A DNA stretch of 64,000 nucleotides, from assembly GCA_964187785.1 (NCBI GenBank), contig OZ076409.1, forward strand, positions 14,572,001 to 14,636,000, given 5' to 3'. Numbering within the stretch: position 1 is the stretch's first letter; each line of letters opens with the position of its first letter. Source of the stretch: Amphiscolops sp. MND2022 (taxonomy: Eukaryota). The notes under the pieces were generated by a model. That model saw nothing but the letters and a program-made list of their open reading frames with translations, was not told the DNA's origin and made no database searches. The translations under genes and the position numbers were made by a program. Positions 1 to 12,107 of this stretch are shown one piece after another.

Positions 1-1
1 C

Positions 2-235
2 TGTTAAAAAACTCTTGAGTTCAGACGTTATCTCATCCTTCAAAGAGGTCCTCAAACTTTCCAAGACACTACTTTCGACTCTATGAGATTTTGCCCTAGA
101 AGGTCCCGGAGAACCAACGTCCTGGTCGACCGAGTGGTTGTTTTCCGTTACAATCGGCGAAACTAAATACTCACAAACTTTTTCAGAGTTCTCCTGTTGG
201 TTGTTCTTTTTCTTTTGGCTTCTTGTAGTAGACAT
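2..235 (-). CDS. N-terminal part of an ORF running off the window edge (MSTTRSQKKKNNQQENSEKV...LRTSLKDEITSELKSFLT); probably a retroelement Gag/ORF1 N-terminus
   Basis: Hand translation: ATG at 235 and 78 codons with no stop to position 2. The basic M-x-T-R-S start followed by a helical segment resembles many Gag N-termini. It is missing from the ORF track because its stop lies outside the window. Confidence 0.45.
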   Translation of the reverse strand, partial: MSTTRSQKKKNNQQENSEKVCEYLVSPIVTENNHSVDQDVGSPGPSRAKSHRVESSVLESLRTSLKDEITSELKSFLT

Positions 236-3200
236 TATGAATGAAGAGATTGAATTTGAATTTTCAATTTCGAACTGTGTTTTCCAACAAAGTTGAGAAT
301 TAAGCTGGGAATTGAGAAATTGTAGCACAACTGATTTTCACAGATGAGAAACGACTGAGTCCCTCGGTTATAGAGAAACAACATATTTATACCCTCCACG
401 CATCATTTGATCACGAATGATTCCCTAATTTTCCCTGAACAATTAGTCATTTCCTGTATTTTCGATGAAAAAAAATCATTTTGTTCCCAATTTAACGTCG
501 ATATTTCGTCAAATTTTAGGAAACGACGCTTCCAACCTAGCATTAGTCATCAAGCATGATCATATCATTTCATCCCGGCGTCCTTTTGTTTCCTCCCAAG
601 CAGGAAGTAGACATTACTTCAGTCTGTCAAACCGGATATGATTCCCTGTTTTACTGCGTTGGTTCGTAAAAAAATTGACGCTGAGATGATGCTGACGTGA
701 ACAACTAATACCTGATTTTGAATTTTAACTTGAGCGAATGCTTTGACTAATTCTCAAGCTATGATTATTTGAGTGATGTTAGGAAGATAGTTTGAATGAA
801 CTGGAAAAAGTGAATATCTAGAATAATAACAAAACCAACATTTGCAACTATTATCACACAAATCAATGTATGTTTAGCAGCTTTTATTCTGACGCAATGA
901 TCACGAAAAAGTTATGAATTAGTAGAACATGCCTTGTTATAAAAGCAACAGTTTTTTGGTAAGCAAGTTTTGGGATCGTCTGCGACAAACCTTCGTAGAG
1001 TAGAATTATAATCAACTTCACGAAACACATGGCTAGGGAATTGGATATAAGAATACAAACATACCAAAAATACATCTTCAATACAATATCCATTAGGTTC
1101 AATTCGATTGTGGTTATAAACTGTGACTTTTGTTCATTTATTTTGAGGAAATTTCACTTATGTTAACTCTTAGGACGATTTTTAGTTAGTGATAATTTTT
1201 ACGACGAATTCTTGACGTTAATTTTCCAAGTCTTTATCAATTCCTCATTCAGATCGTAAGCATCCCAAACATATTCTTTAAACCAGCATAATTCAGATAT
1301 TATTTGTTTCCGCATTTCAGATGGATTAAGACAGCTATTTTGATGGATTTTGGACGTAACGCGGACGTAAATTCCTCTTTGGACTAGGTCCACTAATATA
1401 AAGGACGTAGCGTGGACATAATATTTCTTCTTAGACTTAGACTGCCAAAAGCAGTGACATAGCCATCGCGGATAATTGGAATGAGTTTCAATATGGCTGT
1501 TAGTTCAGTGACGTAGTAGAGGTGGATAATCGGAATGATTTCTTGGTATGTATAGACGAAGTTGTGATGTCAAATATATGTTTGTTCTCACCGCCGCCTT
1601 TATTCACTTAACGCAATATCGTCGTTGTAAATCACACTAATTGCTGTTCAAACGCAATTAACGAGCCTTATTTTAATGAGGCGTAACATTTTAACATTTT
1701 CATTTTAGATCTGGAAATGCTCTCTTTTTAGAGATAAATTGTATCTGTTTTCCATTTAGATTAGACTATGTTTTCGATCCTGAGACGCAGTCTTGGTTCA
1801 ATTTTCAGGTACCATATGTTTTTTAATTTGACGTAACAAGAACGCCTTGCCGGAAATGCGTGAAATCATTTTTGGCTTAATTCGTTTCCTATTTTCATTT
1901 CCATTTGAGATTTGCGTAGGATAGTTGTGCATTTTGTATTTCTAGTCACAGTTTATTTTAAGTTAGGTTTAAGTTTACCAGTTAAAATACGACCTTGGAA
2001 AACTCAAGTTGCCTCCGTGACCTCTTCCGGTTCTCAGTCGTCGACAACCACACGCCAGACCGGGAACGGGCTGTGGCAATCACGTTTTATTAAGGAGAGG
2101 GCGGAGGGTCAAATTTTTGCGCTTTATCCGATTTTTGACGATATTATTTGAATGAAATAAATTGCGTTTTAATAAAAAGGTTGAGGTGGAGGTTCGAAAA
2201 TAATGCGCCACCTCTCGAAAAGGTCCTGTGGGGTTTTTATGGTACTGTGAAATTGTTTCGAACAAGAATTTGACGCTGTGAAGTAGTTTTGCTGATTTGA
2301 GCCTTAAACGGGGCGTCGACTTATGCATCAATCATATATTGTCAGAATCTGATGAAAAACTCAAAACAGTAGAAAAATAGTTAATCAAACTTTGTTCTTT
2401 CGAAACTCAATTTATTTCAGCGCATTTTATTGACGTGACAAACTGCGATTTATTAAAACAGCGCCAACACGTCGCTCATAGTGTATATTTTGTTCAGTTT
2501 TTGTTATTTTCGTTATTTACACCACATAAATGGAAAAGGACTAGTTTCTCAAATGCGTTTTCCCGAAATTCTATCTCTTCCGATTTCACACTTGAAATAA
2601 AGAGGTTGCTTGTTGGTTTATAGCATTCGAATTTGCGAAGGAAACACCAGTAGGAAAATCCTGCCTACAAGTTTATATCCACAAAGTTCAATTAAAAACA
2701 CTTAGCTTCCCGGAATTTTTGTTCATGGTGACGTCAAACTTTTTCATAAAAAGGAGTGCAAGAAGAACCAAAAATGTCAAAACTTTCCATCCATTCTGTT
2801 AGCCATAATTTTTCATCATTTTCCCTGTACAACGCTTGGACTTTTTTGTTGGCAAACGTTTGGTTTATACACTCGAGCCTCGAAATAATTCAAGGCGGAA
2901 AATATCCCGGTGCACAACTAGCAACTTCTCACGTACATGATCTTGATAATGGTTGGCGTCTGTATGCAGTATAACTGGAAACACATTTCTGAAAATTTTC
3001 CCTTGACTTGGAAAATCGCTTGATTTCAGTCGAAATCCCATTGAAAATAGATAGCCACCATGGGTTGCAATGGAATCGAGTGGAGTCTCAGCACAGGGTC
3101 AAAACTTTCAAAGTTTCAAGGAATTTTGCCGATAAATACATGAGTTTGTGAAATAATTTCCCAGAGTTTCCCGCTAATAATTTTTCTTCCTTTTCTCTAA

Positions 3201-5482
3201 AAAACCTCTACTTTTTAATATTTTTCTGATTGTAAGTACAAATTTCGATTGCTTGTTACTTTTTGTTTCTTCCATAGACATGTCTCAACGCTAAACGTTT
3301 CGCAAGTTTTCAGTTTGACCCAGAGCACTTTCTTGCGTTGCTTGAATAGCTCTTTGGGTTTTCGGATCTTGTTAAAAACCACCCTGCGAAAATGCCCTGA
3401 AAAAGAATGACATGTTATCATGATCCGGTTTTTGCGAGGAACTTTCTTAAGAGGAAGAATGTAAGACAGGCCGATCAGGTAGACTACAGCACTTCTTTTT
3501 ACTAAAGCTAATTTTTTAACTAATTATTTTTTGGATTAGGCTGCCGGGAGAAATGTCTGGCATTTCATTTTGACCTGCTCAAAAATTCCTACATGAAAGA
3601 TGAAATTTAATCACAAATCATCTTTGTAGGGTTGAATGAAAAAAGGTTTCCATTTTCGATTTCGAACTGCTGATCAATTATGAAGGCTTTCTTTCTCGGA
3701 ACAAACCATCGCTTCAAGAAACTTCTAATGGAATCTCTCAAAATCAATTTCTATAAAAATCGGATCCTAGTTGTTTCTGTAATCCTTGATAAAAGACTAA
3801 AAAAATCACATTGGAATTGCAGAGAAATAGCAATACTATCTCCAAGAACAAAAAATGATCTCAAACTATTTGATATAACAAGTTTTAGGTCGCTAATTTG
3901 ATGTCAAAAAATTCGAGGCACAGAATAATTTCTCACGTGATTTGCATTTGACAAAAAGAAAAGCGTTTTGAATAAAACTGCAGTGACGTTTTTCATGTAA
4001 AACTCTCAGGAAAACTAAAATTCGGAACAAGATTTCGTATAAACTACTGATCATAGCGAGAAACTCCAAAAACCAGTTCGGTAAACTAGACTCTTATAAC
4101 TAACTTTTGTTCAGCATAAAATTTGGTCAGAATAAAATTTTGGTCAGCAAAATCAGCTGTCATGAGCTATTTAACACAGCACATTTCCCGCGGCCTACTT
4201 CACAAAAAATGAGGGAAAATTGGTTTTTAAGCAAAAGAACAAGCTCAAATCCAAAAATTTCTATATTGGAAAAAGTTTTATGAAATATTTGTATTATCTG
4301 TCAGAATTTGAGGTGTCAACGAAAACATCTCAGTACCACTGCGCCCTTAATAGGGTTTTAATTCAGCAGTTGATTGCACTTGATTGCTATAATGGAAAAC
4401 TCCACGCTGTTGACCATAGTAAAGAGAATGAAAGAAATGTGTTGTAGGGGAACGACCTGAAAACTGCTGACCTGACTATAGCGACATAATTTCAGATGTT
4501 TTTTACCCGCAATAAAAACGAAAAACGGAGCAATTTTCTACTTTGAACACAACCTTAGTTGAGACTGCTTGAACTTTTCACATGCTGCAGGCCTGCATGC
4601 AGGTTAACTGTTTTTTTATAAAACCTATAAAATTCAATAAAATTGGGTCCTACATGAAGCTAACCTCAATAAAGTGTTTTATACGAGAGCCTAATGGACT
4701 TCTTGTTGAAAACATTTCGAAATAGTTTTGGCTTCGTGCTTTCTCGTCTTCGAGAGTGTGAAAAAACTTCTGCGAAATCAACAACCAATCATGATGCAAA
4801 TGAGCAAGATGTCTTTTTTGAAATTGAATTTCACCCTTGAGCATATTCGGATTCTGCATTTCGAAGACGCACTTTTTGAGACAGCATCATAACTTTCTCT
4901 CACTTGGACAGGGCAAGTAAAATTAATTATATACGCGCTTTTCTTTTTTTTTGGTGGCGTACTAGTCACACACAGTGAATAATTTCAGTAATCTCCGGAA
5001 CTTTGAAAGTTCAACCAATATTGAAAGTTGAAAATGCCATGAAACCCCCATGGTAATTTTTCAAATTGAAAATTGAACATTCACAAAGTAAACCTTGTTC
5101 TGACATTATCTACGTTTTTCTTTTGAAAGAAAACACGATTCTTGGCATCATTCGCTTTTGAATTCACCATCAAGCACAAAAGCGTATCGCTTCTAGGAAA
5201 TTTCAATTTTTAGCTCAAAAAAAATTTTAAAAGTAATTGTGCAGTTTTTTTTCAATTTTACCAGATTGTAAACTATTTCAAAGAAGTCTACAATAACTGC
5301 TTAGCACGACAATACGGATAAGAGACAATTCGCATACAATTCGTACAAAGTATAAAATTGGACATGCCCAGGTTGTCTGTCATGGCTCGTTCATGGAAAA
5401 TCATCCATGATCTTGGATTTTTCGACACATTACTTCAACTTTCATGGAAAATCATGGATGGCCCATGGCAGGGCATGGCCCC

Positions 5483-5676
5483 TGAAGTAACTTGGAGAAA
5501 CAAGATGATAAATACAGTGAATTAAAAAGCTAGAGCATAAGTATCAAGCTGATCTGTATTGTAGCTATTTTCGTGTCTTGATGATATACGCATTAACATT
5601 ACATGACATCATAAAAGTGGCAGGTAGTTCAATGTTCACTTTAATTGGATTGTTCATTTTGCCATTTCATGCCACA
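5483..5676 (-). repeat. 3' LTR of element 1
   Basis: Direct repeat of 11207-11400 with 4 substitutions seen by eye; tgaagtaa...gccaca on the plus strand. Confidence 0.95.
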
Positions 5677-5689
5677 TTCCCCTTCTTCC
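5677..5689 (-). other. Polypurine tract of element 1
   Basis: GGAAGAAGGGGAA on the minus strand, directly abutting the 3' LTR. Confidence 0.85.
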
Positions 5690-5807
5690 GGGATCTCCTA
5701 AGGGAGCCATTGTTGTCGTGGGTTGTCTTTCTTGATTCGTGGAAATGGGGTAAACGGGAATCGAGCTGGAGTGGTGAAAATGTAGGCGTCTCCTAAACGT
5801 CAAAGAT

Positions 5808-8800
5808 TTAAAAATATTCTACCCCACCTAGTTTCACTACTCTTCGTGCTAATTTTATCCTTTCGGATCTACGCGGTTCAGGTTTTAATTTTGTTTGGTT
5901 TTTTTCAAAGTAAGAGTTTTGTTCCGCCCTAATTTTACCTGTTGTCCCGTCTCCTGGTTCGGTGGTTTCAGTATCAGGCGTTGTTTGGCGGTGTATCGGT
6001 GTGCCTTGAACGTCCGGTTGCGGTGGGTTGCTGGCCCGTCCGGTGCTACATCCGACCTGTGTTGTGGGTGCCGGTGTCTGCTCCCGCAGTCTTTCAATTT
6101 CCCGTCCGATCTCGGCTCTGAGGTCTGTCTCTTCCGGATCTTCTTCTCTGTCGGAGTCGGGGTTATCTTCTCCCGAGCTGAGGTCGGCGGTGTTAGACTC
6201 TCTGCTGGATGAGTCGTAGGTAATTATCCGCTTGTATTTTTTCTTTGTGGGCATTGTCGGGAAATTGTGGCTGGTGCTGGGTCCTTCCTCGGCGTCGTTG
6301 TTATTGCTGTCTAAATGTCGGTGTGTTTCACAGAATTTGCCGCTGCTGAATTTTCCGCACCTTTTGCACCAGGTGATGGTCTTCCTCGGTTCGTCTGGTT
6401 TCCTTAGGGTCTGAAATTTTAAAGGTTTAGAAGCGAGTTTTTTGTGTATTGTCCTACCGTCGGAGGTAGTGACAGTATGATCGGTCTCGTTTATTGCCGT
6501 TTAAAATTTTATCGGTTTTAAAACTGCATTTCATTGAGTTGGGTTCATTTTCTTTTTCTAAGAACTGATATTTTTTGAATTTCCGGCTTACCGAACGGCT
6601 TCTTTTTCGCGTATCGTTGAGCACCAGGCAGTCGGCCATTTCCCCTTCAGCATCGTTGATGGTGACTACTTGTAACTCCGTTGGTTGTGCTAAAATATAA
6701 TTCGTTAGTGTTTTCTTCCAATTGGATAGCAGACATTCAGATTTACCGATTATGTTGGTAAGTGCAGTTCGTGGTTTTCTGCCTAAGTGCATTTGGAAGG
6801 GCGTCATATTTAATCTACTGTGTGGAGTCTGTCTGATTGTTTTGATTGCTAATTGGATGCTGTCTTCAAATTTTAATCCATCGGCCATATTCGCTCTAGT
6901 CAATGACTTAATTGTCCGTATCATACGCTCAACTAGGCCGGTACCGGTGTGTAGGTTCGGAGTGCATCTTATACGTTTGATGTTTTCATCCGTACAAAAT
7001 TTTTTGAATTCGCTGCTTTTAAAGCAGCTGCCGTTATCGGTTCTAATGCACTGTAGTGTCCCGTTGTTTGTGAAATATTCGGTTAAAAAATTTAAAACGG
7101 TCCGGGTATCCGCACTTTTACATACTTGTGCGGTGGGCCACTTGCTAAATCGGTCTACTGCTACTAAAATGTAAACGTCACCGCGTGATTCTGATTTTAT
7201 TGGACCGGCGAAATCCAATTGAATCTCCTGATTCGGTTCGGTTAAAATTTCTAAATTATTTTTCTCCGTCAACGGAATTTGTGTAATGATGTTCTTACCT
7301 GCGGCTCTACAACTCGGGCATGTCTCTGCTTTTTCATGTACATCTCTGTTCAGGCCGGGCCACCAGAAGGCTTCGGCGAGTTGTTCCATTTTATTTTTGG
7401 AGACGTGGCCGTGGTGCAGCATAGCAATGATGGTCGACCACATGTTTTCCGGGATAACTATTCTGTCGTTATAAAACAGCAATCCGAATCTGGTTGAGAG
7501 ATGTAGACGGTGGGGGCGGTAGGGGTAGAAGATGCTTTCTAGCTGTTGTTGTTCGATTGCGGCAATTGTGTTTAAGATTTTGACGTCGCGTGCTGTCTCT
7601 TCCACCAAAAGAGGCAGGTCCAATGCAAAGTCCTTTTCTGCTTTCTTTAGTACATCTGCGGTCTTCTCGTTTTGTTCTGGTTCTAGCGTGTTCAGTTTGG
7701 TCGTCTGCTTCAGTCTAATGAGGTTGACCGTTTCGTACTTTTTGAACCGTCTCAATGCGTTGGTGGGGCATTTGTCTTGCTTTGTCCGACTCGTCTGGCT
7801 TTCTCCATCAGATTGATTATTGTTTGTCCAAGATTCGTTGTTGTTCTGTTGGAATTCTTGTAGGGGGGTCGTGTTTAGTGTTTCGCAATAGTGAAAAAAC
7901 GATTGTAAATTTCAATGTTTAATTCAGCTATTCGTTTTCGTCCCGCTTGATTAGGTCTATATTCTTGAAATCTCTCACTTTCCTTGCCCTTCCCCACTAT
8001 TCGAGTTTTGTCCGGTTTCAGGATATGGTTTCTTTCGATCCATAAACGCTTCGTTCCTGGAGAATGACCTCTCTTTTAGAATATAAAATCCATATCAATT
8101 CCGTTGACCTTGTACATTTTATTGCTTGGCGACGGTAAAGTTTGGAATGAGTTTGGAATGCAGCTGTTTGGTAACGGTGAGGCTTTAAGCAAATGGGTGT
8201 TTCGATTTCGCTTGCATATGTTAGAGCCGCTTTGTGATTGGTTGAATTTTCCTGTCGTGTCGTTTCGTTCGGTGAATCGTTTTATGCTGCCGCGTTTTTG
8301 GTTGAATTCTAATAGGCCGTATATTTGATTAATAACGAACTCTTCTTCGGCTTCCGCTTCGTTTAATCCGTCCGCTTTGTTTTCTAGTTCGACGATCTCG
8401 GTTGGTATAATCGGATGACGGCTCAAATAGTCCGCCAGCGGAATGTTTTTACCGGCCGTGTATTGGACATTCACATCGAAATGGCTCAATCTATCCAGCC
8501 AACGTGTTAATCGCGCGCTGTATTGCTTATGAGCACGGTTCTTTTTCAACAGCGGTTGTAATGCCTGGTGATCTGTTAACAAATTTACTCTTTTTCCATA
8601 CACAAAATACCTGAAGTATTCTAAACCCCACAGAGCCCCTAGTAATTCTAATTCATCAATTGCGTATTTCTTTTCACAATCGGTTAAAAATCTACTTGCG
8701 AATGCTACGGGTCTAAAAGTTTCACCTTCTCTCTGCCATAGTGTTGCGCCTAGTCCGGTGTTGCACGCATCTGTGGTGATATAGTTTTCCTTCTGTGGGT

Positions 8801-10277
8801 CGAAGTGCGCTAGGCATGGGGCCTCTGTGATCTCTTTCTTCAGCTTTTCAAAGTCTTCGTCTATCTCGGGTGTCCATTCCCATTTAGTGTCTTTTCTCAA
8901 GAGTTTCCCCATTTCGTCGGTTTTCTTCGATAGATTGTTAATGAACTTTGACAAGTGCTGTATTGATCCCAGGAACGACTTCAGTTCTTTAACGTTTTTC
9001 GAGGCTTCTAGTTTAGTTATTGCTTCCGTTTTGTCCTTGATTGATTTAACGCCATTTTGGTTGATGTAGTAGCCGAGCCAGGTTAATTCCTTTTTGAATA
9101 ATTCTGTTTTCTTATCGCTTGCTCGATAACCGGCGTCTTGTAGTTTTGACAAAACTTCTCGCAATTCTTTTTCATGGTTTTCAATGTCGCCGTTAGTCAC
9201 GCATATGATGTCGTCTAGCCAGACCGGTGTTTTGAATTCCAACACGGAGTCGATATGTTCTTGACATACCGTAGGGATGTCGGATAAGCCGTAGAAACCT
9301 TTCTTGAACCGGTAATGTCCGGTGAATTCTCCCCCAATGATGGAGAATACGCTGTGTCTTGCGGCTTTTTTCGACAATTTTGCTTGCCCGTATGCGTAAT
9401 CCAGATCGCTTTTGGACATCCAAATATCCCCATTTCCTTTGGTAATTTTGGCGGAAATTTTGCTGATCAATTCTTCCATGTTCGGCATCGCAGCTTTTCT
9501 TTTTATACATGCGTCGTTCAGTTTTCGTGAATCCAGAGCTATTTTGACTGATTTGTCCTTTTTGATGGTGATAACTGCGGGTGATACGAAGCAATTTTCA
9601 GATGTTCTGTCAGCCTTCTCCAGATGTCCTTTGTCTATTAGTTTTTCTAATTCTTCACGGACAATTTTTTGGAAATGAATAGGGACAGGCCGTCCCTTCT
9701 GTTGGATTGGCTTGACGTCTTTTTTCGACTGAATATCGATGGTAAGGTCTTTGATAGTGTGGTTGTTTTTGAATAGATCTTCGTATTCGTTGATGATTCT
9801 TTTTGTTCTTTCATCTTCTGTCACATGACGAATAACATTTGTTTTCTTGATGCCTTGTAATCCGATTTCCAATTTATCAAGCCAGTCTAAGCCCAATAGT
9901 GGTTGAGTATTTTTGTTTTCTGTTATTAAGATTGGTAGTATCTCTCTGCTTTTTTCTGTTTTCACTTCAACCATGGCTTCCCCCTTGAATTTTATTGGAT
10001 TCTTGTTTACGTCCACAAATGTTTTTGTTGTTTTCTTCACTTCGGTCAAATCAATAACTGGCGGGATAATTGTCACTGGAGAGCCGGTATCAATGATGAA
10101 TTCTATTGGCTGGCCGTGGACCAATAGGATAGTTTCGTAGAAGTCAACTCGGTTAATACCGTTTACGGATTGAATGTGGTCCACTTCCGGCCATGGTTCG
10201 GTGTTACTGTCCGATGAAACCGCTTCGACTATCCGGCTTACGGTCTTGGATTTGCAAACCTTGGCAAAGTGTCCCAT
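5808..10277 (-). pseudogene. pol: pol of element 1 (protease, RT, RNase H, unknown insert, integrase), disrupted
   Basis: Motifs: FIIDTGS protease, WLDD RT, TTDACNTGLGA RNase H, HHGH..CPSC and LDFAGP/TDNG/VER integrase, PRRSER tail. Disruptions: TAA at 8076-8078 and frameshifts near 7890 and 6500. Confidence 0.9.
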
Positions 10278-11171
10278 CTTTTTGCAATTGTTGCATTGTG
10301 CTCTCCGTGCCGGATATGTTCCATGGACCAGTTTGGCTTTCCGCAGAAGCGGCAGTTTTTGTTCGATAATTTCCTTTTGTCGTTGAATTGTGTCCTCCGC
10401 TTCCGTGATTGGTTCGTATGTCCAATTAGTTCGGTGCTTGTTGAACTACTTGTGGAATCTTTTTTGGCTTTTTTGGTTTTGGGTTTTTTATCACCGTACT
10501 TTCTGTTGTAATTGTCAAGTTCTATGGTCTCCAATACCAATTGTATTTTCAGAGGGCCCTTTATAAATTTGTCCCGAGCTCGTTTGTCTTTAATTGTGGC
10601 TGCAAACTTGTACGTGATGATTTCTTCTGCCGTTATATTCCCAAAGTCACATTTTCTCTCGATATCCACGAGCCTCTTCCAATATTCATCTAAAATCTCG
10701 TTATCATCTTGTTTCATATTGAAAAATTGTGCCCTGCTGTGGAAGACGTTTCTTACCGGGAGAAATGTTTTTTTTTTGAATAATGTCAGTAGTTCCGGCA
10801 ATTTGACACCTTTTATTTCTCGGCCCCATTGTCCTCTCATGATTTCATGTTTGGCTTTTGGGCCTAGAGCCCAGATAACGTCACCTTTTATGTGGTATAC
10901 CGTGTGGGGGTCCATGTATTCTACTCCTTCATCGGTAATTTCGTCCAAATTTCGGTTGTAGGTCAAAAGGATGTATTCCGAAATTTGCTCCTACCACATC
11001 TTAGGGTTGGCTTTTGCAAGGTCGGTTTCTCTATCAGATAAGATAGGAATCTTGTACTTGCTTTTTTTCCGCTCTTTCTGACATCGTTTGATTGTTGATT
11101 GTCCGTGTTGTCTGTTCCGAAGACATCGGTCTGTCCTCCGTGGAGTTGAGGTCAGTATTGTTATTATCCAT
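10238..11171 (-). pseudogene. gag: gag of element 1, disrupted
   Basis: SRAQFFNMKQ...E Gag motif. CRFC...H and C-NNC-KKMGH-FAKVC knuckles are split by a frameshift near 10315. An in-frame TAG at 10991-10993 replaces a probable Trp. Confidence 0.85.
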
Positions 11172-11192
11172 TGTTTTTCTTTCTGTTCAAGA

Positions 11193-11206
11193 TGCTGACT
11201 GCGCCA
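11193..11206 (-). other. PBS of element 1, tRNA-Ser type
   Basis: TGGCGCAGTCAGCA follows the 5' LTR directly. It is complementary to the invertebrate tRNA-Ser 3' end (...TGCTGACTGCG-CCA), recalled from memory. Confidence 0.8.
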
Positions 11207-11400
11207 TGAAGTAACTTGGAGAAACAAGGGGATAAATACAGTGAATTAAAAAGCTAGAGCATAAGTATCAAGCTGATCTGTATTGTAGCTATTTTCGTGT
11301 CTAGATGATATACGCATTAACATTACATGACATCACAAAAGTGGCAGGTAGTTCAATGTTCACTTTAATTGGATTGTTCATTTTGCCATTTCATGCCACA
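11207..11400 (-). repeat. 5' LTR of element 1
   Basis: Direct repeat of 5483-5676, adjacent to the PBS. Confidence 0.95.
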
Positions 11401-11681
11401 GCCCCATGGATTATCATCCATGATTTTGACCCCTGATTCATCCATGATGAGCCATGTTGAAAAATTCGTTCAAAGTCAAAAATTTTCTCTTACCGTGTCA
11501 GTTTTTGTCTCTTTTGTCTTTTTTCTGAGCCTCAGAATCTGAGGGTTACCTTAATGGCCCGGGTAGCATTAAGGACGCTTTTCGGCACCGCGTTTCCTGA
11601 AGCCGCTGAGATAGGTAGGATTTTCGGGATTTTTTCGGGGGTATTTTGGGTAATTTTTCTATTCAAGAAGTACATATGGTC

Positions 11682-11845
11682 CTTAGATGTTATTCCCGTT
11701 TTGCATTTAGACGTTTCAGATCCATGATATCTGATTTAGACGTTATTCCTGTTAGCATTTAGACGTTATTCCCGTTTTGCATTTAGACGTTATTCCCGTT
11801 TTGCAGTTAGACGTTATTCTTTAGGTCCGAAATAACGTCTAAAGC
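11682..11845. repeat. ~24-bp tandem repeat (TTAGACGTTATTCCCGTTTTGCAT), about 6 units, ending in an inverted copy of the core
   Basis: Visible tandem units, followed by AATAACGTCTAA. Confidence 0.8.
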
Positions 11846-11887
11846 CAAGCCATGCTCATTTTCAATCATCATACATTGAACTGTTGT

Positions 11888-12107
11888 ACAACAATAAAAT
11901 CGGACATTTCCTACAACAATAAAATCGGACATTTCGCACGAAAATAAAATCGGACATTTTGAACACAAGTAAATACAATATTAGACTTACACGAACAACG
12001 TGATCCAACTCATTTAATTATCATTTTGAACTTGTTTTTCCTCATTTTAATTCACATTTTGTACGAAACGTCCGGTTTTTGGCCATTGTACGAAACGTCT
12101 TGTGTAC
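11888..12107. repeat. 25-bp tandem repeat x3 with inverted counterparts; probable MITE
   Basis: ACAACAATAAAATCGGACATTTC x3; inverted GTACGAAACGTC x2 at 12061-12100. Confidence 0.5.

Larger units (their letters stand above)
5483..11400 (-). mobile_element. Ty3/Gypsy LTR retrotransposon 1, Mag-like, full length but disabled
   Basis: Two 194-bp TG...CA LTRs with GCCCC TSD (5478-5482 and 11401-11405). PBS and polypurine tract (PPT) present. Domain order gag-PR-RT-RH-IN. Short LTRs, a double Cys knuckle and a tRNA-Ser-type PBS fit the Mag lineage. Confidence 0.93.
5367..11458. mobile_element. CATGG-rich MITE-like element with a CCCAGG terminus, split by Gypsy element 1 (parts 5367-5482 and 11401-~11458)
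   Basis: It starts CCCAGGTTGTC. CATGG/CCATG-rich sequence continues on both sides of the LTR element. A related end, GACAACCTGGG, occurs at 52898-52908. Confidence 0.5.

Noticed and set aside
5885..10961. Antisense and alternate-frame ORFs over element 1 (and likewise over element 2 gag/pol)
   Set aside because: Shadow ORFs of the real coding strand with no independent motifs.
11682..11960. Regularly spaced 24-25-bp repeats resembling a CRISPR array
   Set aside because: They are contiguous tandem units without unique spacers, there are no cas genes, and the context is eukaryotic.
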